Positions 13,400-26,153 are shown, numbered from the stretch's first letter. The stretch: 64,000 bases of DNA from Phoronis australis (GCA_002633005.1 NMRA01000065.1:859066-923065); one strand, 5' to 3'. The notes: a model not told the origin generated them from the letters alone. Numbers and translations are program-made.

Positions 13400-13510
13400 A
13401 AGTCGGCTGGCTTACAATCAGAGGTCGCAAAGTTGATGGCCACGATAAAAGAAGAGCAGCAGGAATCTTTCAAGTTGAGGGCAAAACTGGCCAAAATGAA
13501 CGAATACAAT
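13400..13510 (+). CDS. Exon KSAGLQSEVAKLMATIKEEQQESFKLRAKLAKMNEYN (coiled coil), phase 0-0
   Basis: ctctctctaactttcag|...|gtaagt. Confidence 0.85.
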
Positions 13511-14668
13511 GTAAGTTCTGGGATTGTTCTGCGCCCCATTTTGGTTGGTATTAATTCATGTCTCGTTGAGGATAAGTGGTCTTTCAGGCTGTTGATAAAT
13601 GATCATCGTTGATAGCGTCAGTCGTGGAAAATCTCTTTTGATCATTTGCCATTGCTGATTGATAGGAAATAAACATAAATTGTCACCATTGCTGATCAAT
13701 TTCACATGAAAAATTATATGAAACATTGTGGGATTCTACCATAATTATATGATATCGTGCCATTCATATGAATTCATACAGATATAATAATCAATGGTAA
13801 ATTATGATCAAATCAAACTGCCTCAAGGTAGAATGCCTTAGTTGAGTTTCTGACAAGACAAGAAAATGAAAGACTTTGGATCAAGTTGATTGTCAGCTGA
13901 CAACACAGTCCGTTCAGAATGCTGGAAAAATGATAACAAAGTTGAAACACTTCTCTTATGATGGCCAATCAGCTAGAGGTCAACTGTAACTCTCATCGCT
14001 TTCATACTGTTGTTGTATACAATGACCTCATCTTAGTGGCCTGCAAATGGCTGATTCAGTGTAAAAGGTATTCCGGTTCCTTCTTCCTTTTAAACATAAT
14101 GTCAATGATTGCTTTTTATGACAAAGGGGGATAATTCCGATCATATTATTCTGTCAGTGTTACGATAATTCACCGCCAGCAGGATACTTTTTACACTGCA
14201 CCCTCAAGTCACCAGCTGCAAAACTGAAAGCTCAGTTTACTCAATACAGTTAGTAGTTATCAAATACTGCTCAGTGTCAAAGTTCATTAAGTTTCCAGCA
14301 CACAAAACTAATTCTAGAAATCCATTTCTTTTCAACTACTATGATCCATTTCAATTCTGGATATTAAATTTTTTACAAAGTCTCGACATGCTCATTGACA
14401 AAATTGTGACAACTTACAGTACAAGTCCCTTCATAAACAAACAACTGCTTGGCGTAATAATGTCGCATTAAACTTTGGCAAAAAGACTCAGTCTGTTTAA
14501 TTTACAAAAGTTTCACCAAACTGGCAGATTTTTACAAGTTTAGCGGAGTCTGGTTGAGGTTTGTCATTAAGTCTTTGAGTTTATTTTGAAAACTATAATG
14601 TAGCGGCAGCAAAGGGTTATTCACAAGTCCCCTATGACTTATCCCTCATTTTCTGAGCCTTTTTTCAG

Positions 14669-14786
14669 AAAAAATGCGACGAGGAGAAAGAAGAATTCGA
14701 ACGCAGAGTCAAGCTCGTCCTGATGATGATGCGAATGGCGTCAGTCGTGGACGTGTCTTACCAGTTCGGCAACAGGCTGTCGAAAG
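14669..14786 (+). CDS. Exon KKCDEEKEEFERRVKLVLMMMRMASVVDVSYQFGNRLSK, phase 0-1 (alternative A)
   Basis: ccttttttcag|...aaag|gtatat. Confidence 0.7.
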
Positions 14787-16393
14787 GTATATCAAGCAAC
14801 CGTAACTGGCAATCATTTTCATCATCTCATATTTGTTCATTTCAGCGCATTTCTTCATTGCTGTTTATGGCCATTCTGGATTCACTCGGCTGTGTTCACT
14901 CATTGGCATGTCATTGTGTACAATCTCTCCAATTTGGGATACAGTATGGCCAAAAAATGAAATTAATTTTGTTTCTTCTTTTTTAAAAAGAGATAAGTTA
15001 CACCAAGAAAACATTACGTCATTTTTAAGGTGCATACCAAAGGTATCATCGGAAATGAATCTGAGGAATCGCTGACAAGGGGGGTGTTCGAAGCCTCTTA
15101 AAAGTGAAAAAAGACTTAGTCTAGTCTCTCCCGAAATTGATGAGATTTTGCTGTATGATCATTACTGCTGTCAGAGTACTCTATATTTTTGGGTACATTT
15201 ATTGGCCATAGTTCCATTATTATATTGGTTCATTTCAGCTCTGCAGAATCTCTATCAGTGCCTTATTAATTGCTTATAGGGTGTGATCTCTTCTGTTTAT
15301 TTCTGTCAAGAGTTTGTAATGTTGAGCGCTGTCATGAAAAATCCAACACCAGTGCCTGTGCTCAACAAACTTCATTCTCTTGAAATCATTTCCATCACTC
15401 GATATCCGTTCATTTCAGCATGTGGCAATTTTCATTCACAGAAATTTAAATTTCACGCTCACTCTAAAAACTAGGTAGCATGCAAAAAATTATATCAAGA
15501 CAATTTGTCCACATTACATGGAATGTATTTGTCCGGGATATCAGCCTTGTGCAGTGCCCACCACCCTAAATTGCACAGTCCCTTTTTAAACGGCGTGTTC
15601 TTTAACATCCTTTTCCAAGCTTATTGGATGGTGTATTTTGTACAAAGTCTTTGTAAAGGGCCGTTTACAGGCAGGATTAGAATCGCACAAGCATTATTTT
15701 TGCTTCTAACATTTGAAACTGATGCAAAACCAAGATGTTGAAAGCTTTTCACAGGCTTAAAGTCCTTCTTGCAAACTGCCCATGTGGTTCCAGTATCCGA
15801 AAATACTTACTACATAAATTCTTATTTTCGACACTCTTTCTTCATATTCTTTTCGCCTTTCTTGCCAAAAGCGATTTTTTAACAGTATTTGACCCTTCTC
15901 TCTGAGCGTATGATTACCGGTTGTCATCGGTTATTTCCGTATTCACATTTCCGGCTCATCAGTTCAGGAACTTGTCCTGAACACCGCCATTTTTTCCTTG
16001 TAACTGAATGTGCTATGGCTTGCTCGAAAAGTCTTCATTATTTTGTTTTATTAGTTATATATCGTGATTCGTTTGCATATGTAGTGTATTTATAGTTTGT
16101 AGTTAGTGGTCGTTGATTTTTTTGGAATGTTACGCGTACTTAGTATGTTAAAATAGCATTGGTGTTTAGTTCCTTACGTAGGGCGGTCGAACCTAGGAAC
16201 CAATATGGGTCGAACCTATTTTTTCGGTTTTATTTTTTTCCTCGTTTTGAAAAAGTACTTTGCTATCATCGGAAAGGTAGTACATTCTACTCAGTAAAAA
16301 TCGAAAAAGTATCAAAATCGGGGCAAGCACTGTAAAGTTATTGCAAGTTTTGTGGCGAAATTCGGGTCACTTTGTTTGGATCGCGTCGGCCAT

Positions 16394-16989
16394 NNNNNNN
16401 NNNNNNNNNNNNNNNNNNNNNNNNNNNNNNNNNNNNNNNNNNNNNNNNNNNNNNNNNNNNNNNNNNNNNNNNNNNNNNNNNNNNNNNNNNNNNNNNNNNN
16501 NNNNNNNNNNNNNNNNNNNNNNNNNNNNNNNNNNNNNNNNNNNNNNNNNNNNNNNNNNNNNNNNNNNNNNNNNNNNNNNNNNNNNNNNNNNNNNNNNNNN
16601 NNNNNNNNNNNNNNNNNNNNNNNNNNNNNNNNNNNNNNNNNNNNNNNNNNNNNNNNNNNNNNNNNNNNNNNNNNNNNNNNNNNNNNNNNNNNNNNNNNNN
16701 NNNNNNNNNNNNNNNNNNNNNNNNNNNNNNNNNNNNNNNNNNNNNNNNNNNNNNNNNNNNNNNNNNNNNNNNNNNNNNNNNNNNNNNNNNNNNNNNNNNN
16801 NNNNNNNNNNNNNNNNNNNNNNNNNNNNNNNNNNNNNNNNNNNNNNNNNNNNNNNNNNNNNNNNNNNNNNNNNNNNNNNNNNNNNNNNNNNNNNNNNNNN
16901 NNNNNNNNNNNNNNNNNNNNNNNNNNNNNNNNNNNNNNNNNNNNNNNNNNNNNNNNNNNNNNNNNNNNNNNNNNNNNNNNNNNNNNNNN
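16394..16989. other. Assembly gap (others at 4423-4441, 19730-20416, 36447-37429)
   Basis: N runs. Confidence 1.
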
Positions 16990-18301
16990 CCTTGGTCATC
17001 AAAACATTGTCCACTTGTTTTTTTATTGCAAAACACAGTACTGAGCTCGACATTTATGTTGACATTTTTGATTAAAGCATTTTGAATTTATTTGAAGAAA
17101 ATTAAAATACTTGAATTGATAGAGAATGGCCACCAATAAAGTAAAACATTGACTTTATTTCACTATATTGCATTGTTACATACAACACAGCATGACATAA
17201 TCAAAAATAAAAGAAGAGATTGAGCAATAAAATTCAAATGCGACTTGGGTATTTATTTATTTATTTATGATTGCATAAGCCTGTTAAAGATGAGAAAAAA
17301 TCAAACAATACGATTATGGGTAATTTATTAGAACAATTGTATTGAGGTTCAATGATCAACTTGCGCCGACAAAGTCTCAAAGGGTTATAGTTCTGTTCTG
17401 GCTGACAAGGTGTTAACAGAGAATGAAGAGAAACTGAAAAGAAAAAGTAAGACAGCAAAGATAAGTGGTGTTAAGTACAACAAGAGCAAAAAGTCAAATA
17501 AAGAGGTCACAAACAGAAATAAGTAAGGTATATCTGGAATAAAACAATCCAGGGCTCAGCCGTGATTTATTTTCCAGAACTGAAATTCTAAATCAATTTT
17601 AATCGATTTAAAAATCGATATCATACTAGTAAAGCAGTTTGTGGTTGAAGTAGAATTGCTGTATACCACTTTCCACTATTTTCTTGGCCTTTTTCTGTGT
17701 GGTTTGCTGTTCTTTCAAAAGGCGGCAGCATATGACGACCATAGGTGTCATTATAAAATGGCTGCCGAAAAGCAATGCACAGTTGAACAACTCGGCATAA
17801 GTAAAAGAAAACGTGCAAGACTTACAGTGTAGGGCTCATTTCTCTTGCCTGGTTCCAACTACCAGAAATAGGCTGTCTCGCTCTGCGTACTGCTGTGGTA
17901 TTGTTGTTTTTGAAGAAGTTAACCGGCTATAGTAACTTCCATCCTAAACTTCTCGTTCAAACATAGCATAATTCTCTAAACGCACGTAGTCCGCTTATTG
18001 TCTATCCACTTTATTTTGGGTTTCTCATTTCAAACACCCTGCACGTAAACCCGGATGAATTCGTTGTTGGCCGGCCACATTATCTTCATTTAATCATTGA
18101 TGTCTGCACTTCTTTCCAGGTTTATATTATGCCTTCATCTGTGTACTAAAAATTGTCCATTGTACTTTGCTCATCCACCTTCTGTGACAGGTGTAGTCTA
18201 AATCTGCGGAACTTCAGTCGCCAATATCATGGCACCTTTTCTTTGCCATCCAAATCTGTCATCGATCATTCTTTCGTCTTGTTTCACTCTGGGTTAAACA
18301 G

Positions 18302-18536
18302 AAAAAACTGCTCAATCGGATCACTTCAACTTCCGAGCGTTGGCACGAGGCTAAAGAAGAAGCCCGTAAGCTTGGTCGGCAGACAACATACTCTCCGACA
18401 ATAGAGAAAGAACTTAAGCGTGAAATAAAACGCCGTTCGAGGCGATCTCAACCTAAGATTCGTAAGGGCAGCCATAAGTTTGGTGGTAATGCTGCTGCAA
18501 AATCTGACGAAGAAGCAGATGAAGTGTTCACCAAAG
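18302..18536 (+). CDS. Exon KKLLNRITSTSERWHEAKEEARKLG...DEEADEVFTK, phase 0-1 (alternative B)
   Basis: ttaaacag|...aaag|gtaaaa; 235 nt open only in phase 0; coding-like composition; absent from the ORF track. Confidence 0.7.
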
Positions 18537-18964
18537 GTAAAAGCAGACACAGATTGCGTCTTCAATTTTCGTGAATACTGACTCGACTGGTTTTTTAAGC
18601 CGCTGTTTGTCTCGTTATCAACGCTGTGTCATGGCATTTAGCATTCAATGAGCTGTAGTTGGGTTTAGCTGTGTTTTACTTGCACATTTTCATAATATTT
18701 TATTGCCATCCAGATAAGTTCTGATAAATCTTACCTTTCTATAGGTTGTAATTTGTGTTTAGTTTTAATCATACCATAAGTGCCCATCTTTGGCTTCAAG
18801 CTCATCCGAAATGTTTAAGTTTACACTTCATTCCAACGCACAGCTTAACACCAATGGCCATTTAATTAATATGATCGAGAAGAGATATTCTTGATAATAG
18901 TAGGCTCACATAAGTTTTAGAATGGTTCTAAAACTTAGGCCTAACTATAGCATCCAAACATCCA

Positions 18965-19199
18965 AAAAATCTCACCAATTTACAACACAATATGGCAGTC
19001 AAATGAAATTTAATTTTCTTTTTCATGTTTTTGTAAATAAAGTAGCACAAAATAAAGGCTTCCAACTTGTTTACCAAAGCTTCCTACGGACAACTTTTTG
19101 AGGAACTGTGGGCATTAACAATAATGTTACAAGCTTCTAAAAAATGAAAAAGTCAATTTTGTCATTTATTTTTTTACTAAAATTGGTGAAATTTTTTTT
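18965..19199. repeat. Old dispersed repeat; diverged second copy at about 10409-10643
   Basis: Shared blocks aaaatctYaccaattt, tttttcatgttttt, accaaagct, ggcattMacaa, gtcaattt. Confidence 0.55.
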
Positions 19200-19479
19200 G
19201 TCCTGCACTTTGTTTATTTTTAAACCTCCACCTTGAAGTTGGCATTGGGTTAAAAAGGATCCTAACTCATTTCAGCTGGCATCAGGTGACTTTCTTTTTC
19301 ACAATATGGACAATGAAAGAAAATTATTACATCATTAATTACTTCAATTTTCAAAAAATGGACTAGAACTAATAGGGTATGTTTGATCTAAGTGGTCTCC
19401 TATTCATCACCCTGAGAAGGAGGAGGTTACTTTCTTAAAGTTGCATTACCTCCCAACAGTGGTTCTCCACTTACTTAGC

Positions 19480-20880
19480 CATGCTATGAACATTCCCACT
19501 AAATAAAATTGGTTCTAACCCCGGTGTTTAAGGTAAACGGCGGGGTATGGAAAATTGAACTAGACCGTATTTATCCACCTTGGCTGAGTCGCGCTCGGCT
19601 CACAATCAAAGGGATGCCGCCAAGCTGCTCTATTCATCGAGTCACGAGCGAGGATAATTGACTTCGCTCATGCGGATATGATCAGCTGATTACAGTCTAG
19701 CCTAACAACTGTACTTTTTATGGAGAGAANNNNNNNNNNNNNNNNNNNNNNNNNNNNNNNNNNNNNNNNNNNNNNNNNNNNNNNNNNNNNNNNNNNNNNN
19801 NNNNNNNNNNNNNNNNNNNNNNNNNNNNNNNNNNNNNNNNNNNNNNNNNNNNNNNNNNNNNNNNNNNNNNNNNNNNNNNNNNNNNNNNNNNNNNNNNNNN
19901 NNNNNNNNNNNNNNNNNNNNNNNNNNNNNNNNNNNNNNNNNNNNNNNNNNNNNNNNNNNNNNNNNNNNNNNNNNNNNNNNNNNNNNNNNNNNNNNNNNNN
20001 NNNNNNNNNNNNNNNNNNNNNNNNNNNNNNNNNNNNNNNNNNNNNNNNNNNNNNNNNNNNNNNNNNNNNNNNNNNNNNNNNNNNNNNNNNNNNNNNNNNN
20101 NNNNNNNNNNNNNNNNNNNNNNNNNNNNNNNNNNNNNNNNNNNNNNNNNNNNNNNNNNNNNNNNNNNNNNNNNNNNNNNNNNNNNNNNNNNNNNNNNNNN
20201 NNNNNNNNNNNNNNNNNNNNNNNNNNNNNNNNNNNNNNNNNNNNNNNNNNNNNNNNNNNNNNNNNNNNNNNNNNNNNNNNNNNNNNNNNNNNNNNNNNNN
20301 NNNNNNNNNNNNNNNNNNNNNNNNNNNNNNNNNNNNNNNNNNNNNNNNNNNNNNNNNNNNNNNNNNNNNNNNNNNNNNNNNNNNNNNNNNNNNNNNNNNN
20401 NNNNNNNNNNNNNNNNGTAATTTAACAACGGAAGTTGATAGCAATGCACCACAATTTTGTAGAAAGGCTGTCATAGGCTACAAATACGTCACAGAGCGTA
20501 AATTTGATGAATCCTAGCTTCCGATTTTACCCGTTTGGGAAACCGGGTTTCAACTGCCGTAGGCTCACTACAATAAGCGTCCCCTCCCCGTGAAATGAAT
20601 TTTTCTAAGCGTTTGTTTGAGCCAATACAGTATACAGCTTTCCACCAAGGCTAGGTGATGCAAGACATTATTACTTGTTCTTTGTTGCATTATAGTAACT
20701 TCTCTTGGCTAATTATCATTTTATGGCCTGGTCATCCATTCAGCCCAAAGTAGTTCCAAAGGTGGCTTATCAGCCAATTATTCACGCATGCTGACTCACA
20801 ATAGAAGCCTGATAAGAGTGAAGGTGGATAAATGTGGTGTTCCTACAGTTTCTTGTTTTAGTGGATGTGTTCACGACATG
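19480..20880. mobile_element. Non-autonomous TIR element with CATG ends and 2-bp TSD (copy A, interior in gap)
   Basis: GC|CATGCTATGAACA ... TGTTCACGACATG|GC; both ends closely match 59318-61047. Confidence 0.85.
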
Positions 20881-21178
20881 GCACAAGTAAGAATAATTGC
20901 TAAAATAACCATTTTTCAAGAGCTAATTACTTAGCTACAAATTGTGGGAAATTTGCCAAATGTTATTTTATGACATCTCAAACAGTACACAACATGCTAA
21001 CAACAGGTTAAAATTTTCTGAAGCTTTATGTTTGTGAAGAAATTTGATAAAGTAATTTTTAGATAGAATTTGTCTGATTGAAGTTTCGTTCACGGGCTTG
21101 TTGCATGTATCATTCCAACTCACTCTTGATCTCCCTATAAAGCACATGTGACCATGTCGGCTGATTGGACTATTTCAG

Positions 21179-21303
21179 TCCTACAAGCTGACACCATTAA
21201 TGAGTATGAGGAGGAGGAGCAAAGGATTCACGACCTGTCAATCAAATCTCAACAACAAGCGGACCAGATTGAATACCTTAAACAAGCTCTGGAAGATTCC
21301 AGG
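21179..21303 (+). CDS. Exon (V)LQADTINEYEEEEQRIHDLSIKSQQQADQIEYLKQALEDSR (coiled coil), phase 1-0
   Basis: tatttcag|...|gtaggt; same frame as ORF 21148. Confidence 0.85.
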
Positions 21304-21833
21304 GTAGGTAGTGATACATTGAAATACCATTGTGTTAACAGAAACATTAAAGGTTTGTTGGGACCGTAGAACAATGTCCAACTTTGGCTAACTTAGGAAC
21401 ATCAATTCTGATTGGATCCATAGGATACTATGCTATGTTCTCCAAAATGATGGTAGGAATTGTCTTTAAAATGCTCAACCTTTGCTTGAGGGGCTCATAA
21501 ATTTAAAAGTAGTTTTATCATTTTCATGAAAAACCTAAAAATTTGCATAAAACAAAAAAGAAATGATAATTTAGAAAATTGTTACACTTTATTTGAGATT
21601 TCTCCTTGGAACATTTTCATCAAAGGAAATTTGATCAATTGATACAGCTGTAGTTTTGCTATTGCCTCTCTATATTTTACTAATAAAAAAGACCAGCCAT
21701 TAAGGTCCTACTAATCTTTAATATGTGATAATATGGTGGGATAATAAAATGTTGTTCATCCATCCAGGAACTAGTTTATTGTATTTAAATTAAATCTGGT
21801 CTGAAGGACTGCTTAAAAATTAAGTCAAACTCC

Positions 21834-22531
21834 TACACAATATTTTGATAGACCAAGGTATTTTGATTTACAGTTAGTATAATGTGGCATGACCACTGCA
21901 TACCACAGTATTTTACTGACTCAGAGGTATTCTGATATTTCACAGAATTATATTTGAATAAAATCTGGTCTGCTAGAATACTTACAGAATTAAACTCCTA
22001 ACACCTCGGAGGCATCACCCCTCCTTCAAAGGGAAGATGGTACAGAGTATTGGCAGGAACCATTGACTCTTGTCTTCTTACGAGATCACACAAACTCTCA
22101 TCCCAAGCAGGTACTGAGGGTTTGTGGGAACCGTCGTCTCTTCCCTTCTTACGAGATCACAGAAACTCTCATACCAAGCAGGTACTGAGGATTTGTGGGA
22201 ACCGTCGTCTCTTGCCTTCTTACGAGATCACGCAAACTCTCATACCAAGCAGTTACTGAGAATTTGCGGGAACGGTCATCTGTGGCCTTCTTACGAGATC
22301 ATGCAAACTCTCTTTCCAAGCAGACAATCTTCAGTTTGAAGGAGGCATGATGTCTCCGAGGTGTTAGGAGTTTAATTCTGTAAGTATTCTAGCAGACCAG
22401 ATTTTATTCAAATATAATTCTGTGAAATATCAGAATACCTCTGAGTCAGTAAAATACTGTGGTATGCAGTGGTCATGCCACATTATACTAACTGTAAATC
22501 AAAATACCTTGGTCTATCAAAATATTGTGTA
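21834..22531. repeat. Fold-back structure: 197-bp near-perfect inverted arms around a 71-bp minisatellite
   Basis: 21834-22030 is the reverse complement of 22335-22531; ggaac-starting units at 22056, 22127, 22198, 22269. Confidence 0.9.
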
Positions 22532-22940
22532 ATACATGAATTCCAGAGAGAACTGCTGCAGTACATGAATGCCAGAATATTGCAGAATGGAATAATACTG
22601 TGTGATATGTTACAGAATGTCAAAATATCGTATGTGAAAATACTGTGGAATGCAATAATACTGTGTTCTACAGTATATCAAGATCCAAAGTATGTCAAAA
22701 TACTGTGGAATACAATAATACCTCAGTATTCTACAGTATATCAAAATACCAACTTAAGGTCTATCAAAATACTGTAGAATATAATAATAGCAGTATACTA
22801 CAGTATATCAAAATACTGAGGTCTTTCAAAATACTGTGGATTACAATTACCACGGTATATTACAGTATATCAAAATATCAAAGGCTGTCAGAGTACTGTA
22901 GAATACAATGATACCACAGTATTTTACAGTATATAAAACC
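22532..22940. repeat. Degenerate tandem array (caaaatactgtggaatacaataat...acagtatat units) related to the arm sequence
   Basis: About six diverged units of roughly 55-65 bp. Confidence 0.7.
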
Positions 22941-23524
22941 ACACAGGTCAGGGTTCTGGAATTTACAACTTTATTGAGTTGTCACAAGCTTACTGTGTTT
23001 TATAGAAATATTACAAAGTTGACCCAAAGACGACAGTACCAGGGCACTATACCAATACTTGACTATTGGTGAGGAACTGTGCCTCTGGCTGGATTGTTTT
23101 AGAGCTAACTTGCCTAATTGCCTATCCAGCTCATAGTTTTCTGTTGCTCTAATCTGAAACACTTGATATGAAGGACTGAAACCACTTTCAAAAACAACGT
23201 CTCACGCATTTCAAAATGCATGATGTAAACTTGGCTTTAGCAGGCTTATCTAGTAAATCTAAAAACTACAAGCAAGTATTTTATGCTTATTCTACATAAC
23301 AAGATCTTTTGCAAAGATTTTTAAGCCTGGTCTGCATGCCATCTGTTGGCCACATCTTGTGACCTAATGAGTATGTGCTTAGTAAAGTTGTTGTTTTGCC
23401 TTCATCTCATTCAGTTGTTGGCTTTATCTGTCACAAATACAGCTACAAAACAATGAATGCTCTTTTCACAAAACGTAACATTTTTTCTTCATGCCTTCTC
23501 ATTGCATTGGTCACCCTGTTGCAG

Positions 23525-23545
23525 AATGAGACTCAATCAGCCCTG
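23525..23545 (+). CDS. 21-nt micro-exon NETQSAL, phase 0-0
   Basis: ccctgttgcag|aatgagactcaatcagccctg|gtaagt. Confidence 0.75.
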
Positions 23546-23797
23546 GTAAGTCCTCATCTTCATATTTCATTTCACTCCCTTTTCCACTTATGGTAAACGT
23601 AATGTTTCATAATTTTAGGCAGCACATGCTCCTCAGTTTCAGCCATGGAAATGTGCCAGAAGAGCGTGGAATTTTGTTCTTCGTAATAATTTTTACTTTA
23701 ATTTAGTGAAAGGTGCAGTTTCTCTTTGTTATCTTATACAGTGTATTTATTATATAGCTGTTGGTGTTTTTAATGAATTTGAATCCTTTTACCATAG

Positions 23798-23818
23798 GAC
23801 AAACTTAGGTCAGAAAAG
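23798..23818 (+). CDS. 21-nt micro-exon DKLRSEK (copy 1), phase 0-0
   Basis: ccttttaccatag|gacaaacttaggtcagaaaag|gtgaga. Confidence 0.75.
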
Positions 23819-24459
23819 GTGAGATTTTTACTAGGGTGGAGGTAATTTTTTATGATTTTTTTGCTTTTTTATTGTTATAGTTTATAATTATGATTAAACT
23901 TTGTTTATGTTTAAACTTGAAGCCCCCTTGTGAAGAAATTATTTCATTGTTCTTCATATTTCTTGCTCTGCATACAACAAATTTTCTGAAGAAATGTGTA
24001 GAATGCGATCTAAATGAGCATCAAAACACTTGAGGTGTTTCTCTAGGCATGTTTGTTGTATCAAGTTGAATGCTATATTCTACTAAGTCATAGTTCTTCA
24101 CCTGTTTAGCCCTTAGTATAGCAGACAAGTGAAATTTTAGCACAAGAAAATTGTCCACAAAAAGGTTAAGTAAACTTGGATCTTGCATTAGCTTGGTTTG
24201 TATTGTCTATAAAACCGCATTTGGTAAAAGCTCCATCAGCATTTTGACCAAGGAAACTAGCTGTGGAAAAATAGGAAGGTGGTAGTTATTTTTGTGTCAA
24301 ATAAGTGAAGAAGTGCCATACGTGAATAAAAATCATTAATCCAGTGAAGAAATAAAATAAAATAAGAAACACTAACTGAGTGGCTGAATTTCAACACAAA
24401 TGTATTAATTATATACAGTAGCTGTTGATATTTAATGATTTTGATTCCTTTTGCTGTAG

Positions 24460-24480
24460 GACAAACTTAGGTCAGAAAAG
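24460..24480 (+). CDS. 21-nt micro-exon DKLRSEK (copy 2), phase 0-0
   Basis: ccttttgctgtag|gacaaacttaggtcagaaaag|gtgaga. Confidence 0.75.
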
Positions 24481-24990
24481 GTGAGATTTTTACTAGGGTG
24501 GAGTTATAAGTTTATGAATTTTCCTTCTGTAATATTATAACTATATTGTTGTTAAGTATTGTTTATGTTTAAATTTGAAACTTCCTTATGAAGAAATTAA
24601 TTCTTCATTGCACCTAAGCTTGTATTTCTTGCTCTGCATATACAACAAATTTTCCGAAGAAATGTGTAGAATACTATATTCAACTAAGTGATAGTTCTTC
24701 ACCTGTTTATTTCTTAGTATGGTGCACAAGTGAAATTTGAGTACAAGAAAATTGTCCACAAATTAAGGTTAAGGAAACTCAGATCTTGCATTAGATTGGA
24801 TTGTATTGTGTATAAAACAGCATTGGTAGTAAAGCTCCACCAGCATTTTTGACCAAGGAAACTAGTCTTATTTGAACATGGAAAATAGGAAGTTGACAGT
24901 TATTTTTGTGTCAAATAACTGAAGAATTGCCATAGGTGGAAATAAGAAACACTAACTGAGGGACGCAACTTCAGGGCAACATATATTATG

Positions 24991-25274
24991 CATGGTTGCC
25001 AACATTCTATTTGTAAAATGCCTGGACATCTGGATGCCGAAATGGGAATATAACACCCTGAAGCATCATGGTGAAGACGTTTTTTGGTCATACCCGTGCT
25101 ATTTAACAGTGAAAGGGGCGTAGTCTGAGGCAAACCATGAAAATATGCAGTCACAAATATCAAACAACGCGTGTCATAGCGTATGTCAAAATGCAGGACA
25201 TTCTGATACTGTGACATTGGCAACATTCAAAAAGCGGGACATTTCCACCAAAAGCAGGACTTTTGGCAACTATC
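24991..25274. mobile_element. hAT-like MITE relic
   Basis: CATGGTTGCCAA ... TTGGCAACTAT termini; internal GCGGGAC/GCAGGAC repeats. Confidence 0.5.
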
Positions 25275-25349
25275 TATTAAGGCTTTGGACTTCTCCGCTG
25301 GCAATTGTCATTTGATCTTTTCTATTTACCAATTGTTCACATGTTGCAG

Positions 25350-25370
25350 AAAGAAAACCAGTCAACTTGT
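25350..25370 (+). CDS. 21-nt micro-exon KENQSTC, phase 0-0
   Basis: catgttgcag|aaagaaaaccagtcaacttgt|gtaagt. Confidence 0.75.
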
Positions 25371-25858
25371 GTAAGTATTCATTAACCAAAGATACATTAA
25401 ATGCTTTCAAGATTACAAACTAAGTCAAATCGTGGAACTGTGTATCACCATTGACAGATAGACAACAGATTCGCAACTCCGACGTTTTCTTGCGTACTAT
25501 CCTAGAGAAGTTGCCACTCTCCACCAATTTCAGTTTCTGATTAGTGTATTATGACGGAAAATTCTCGCATCTATTTTACTATCCAGTTCAACGAAAACAA
25601 AAATTTTGGCATTGAAACCCTGTTCAAAGTCTTCCAATATTAGAGCTGTTGGTATCGTGAGTACTTTTAGCAATGCTACTACCATTCGACCACACAACAG
25701 CGGACAATGATTAGCAGCCGACGTACTTGCTGGAAGTAAAAGTTGCTAATTTTGCCAGGTGTCACTATTGAATAGTAATGTCTCGGCTTATTCGTTAGAT
25801 CACAGGTTTCGTCCATTGGCCCATGTACTATACTCTATGGTGTGATCTCTTTTTTTAG

Positions 25859-25870
25859 GAAACTTGTAGA
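25859..25870 (+). CDS. 12-nt micro-exon ETCR, phase 0-0
   Basis: ctctttttttag|gaaacttgtaga|gtatgt. Confidence 0.55.
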
Positions 25871-26023
25871 GTATGTTGCAATAGCTGGAGCCATTCCTGA
25901 CCAGTCAAGTACAGATAAAACAAAATACAGATAAATGGCTATAGTGTTTTTAAAAGTTTGTTTTGGCTGAACTGCCTTATGGTAATCCTCATTCCAAAAT
26001 GAAGAGATATAAAAAACAGAGCT

Positions 26024-26153
26024 GAAAAAGCATTAAATAGTGAAAAGTGTGTAATATCAAAAGGAATCATTAGTTTAATCCACAATAGAAAAAGCATTAA
26101 ATAGTGAAAAGTGTGTAATATCAAAAGGAATCATTAGTTTAATCCACAATAGA
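26024..26153. repeat. 64-bp tandem duplication
   Basis: gaaaaagcattaaatagtg...ccacaata x2. Confidence 0.9.

Larger units (their letters stand above)
23742..24975 (+). repeat. Tandem duplication (about 660-bp period) containing the DKLRSEK micro-exon
   Basis: 23742-24400 aligns with 24401-24975 throughout, with substitutions and indels. Confidence 0.9.

Noticed and set aside
16338-20517. Long ORFs filled with X
   Set aside because: Artefacts of translating through N gaps.
22056-22334. CRISPR-like array
   Set aside because: Units are contiguous tandem repeats without unique spacers; eukaryotic context and no cas genes.
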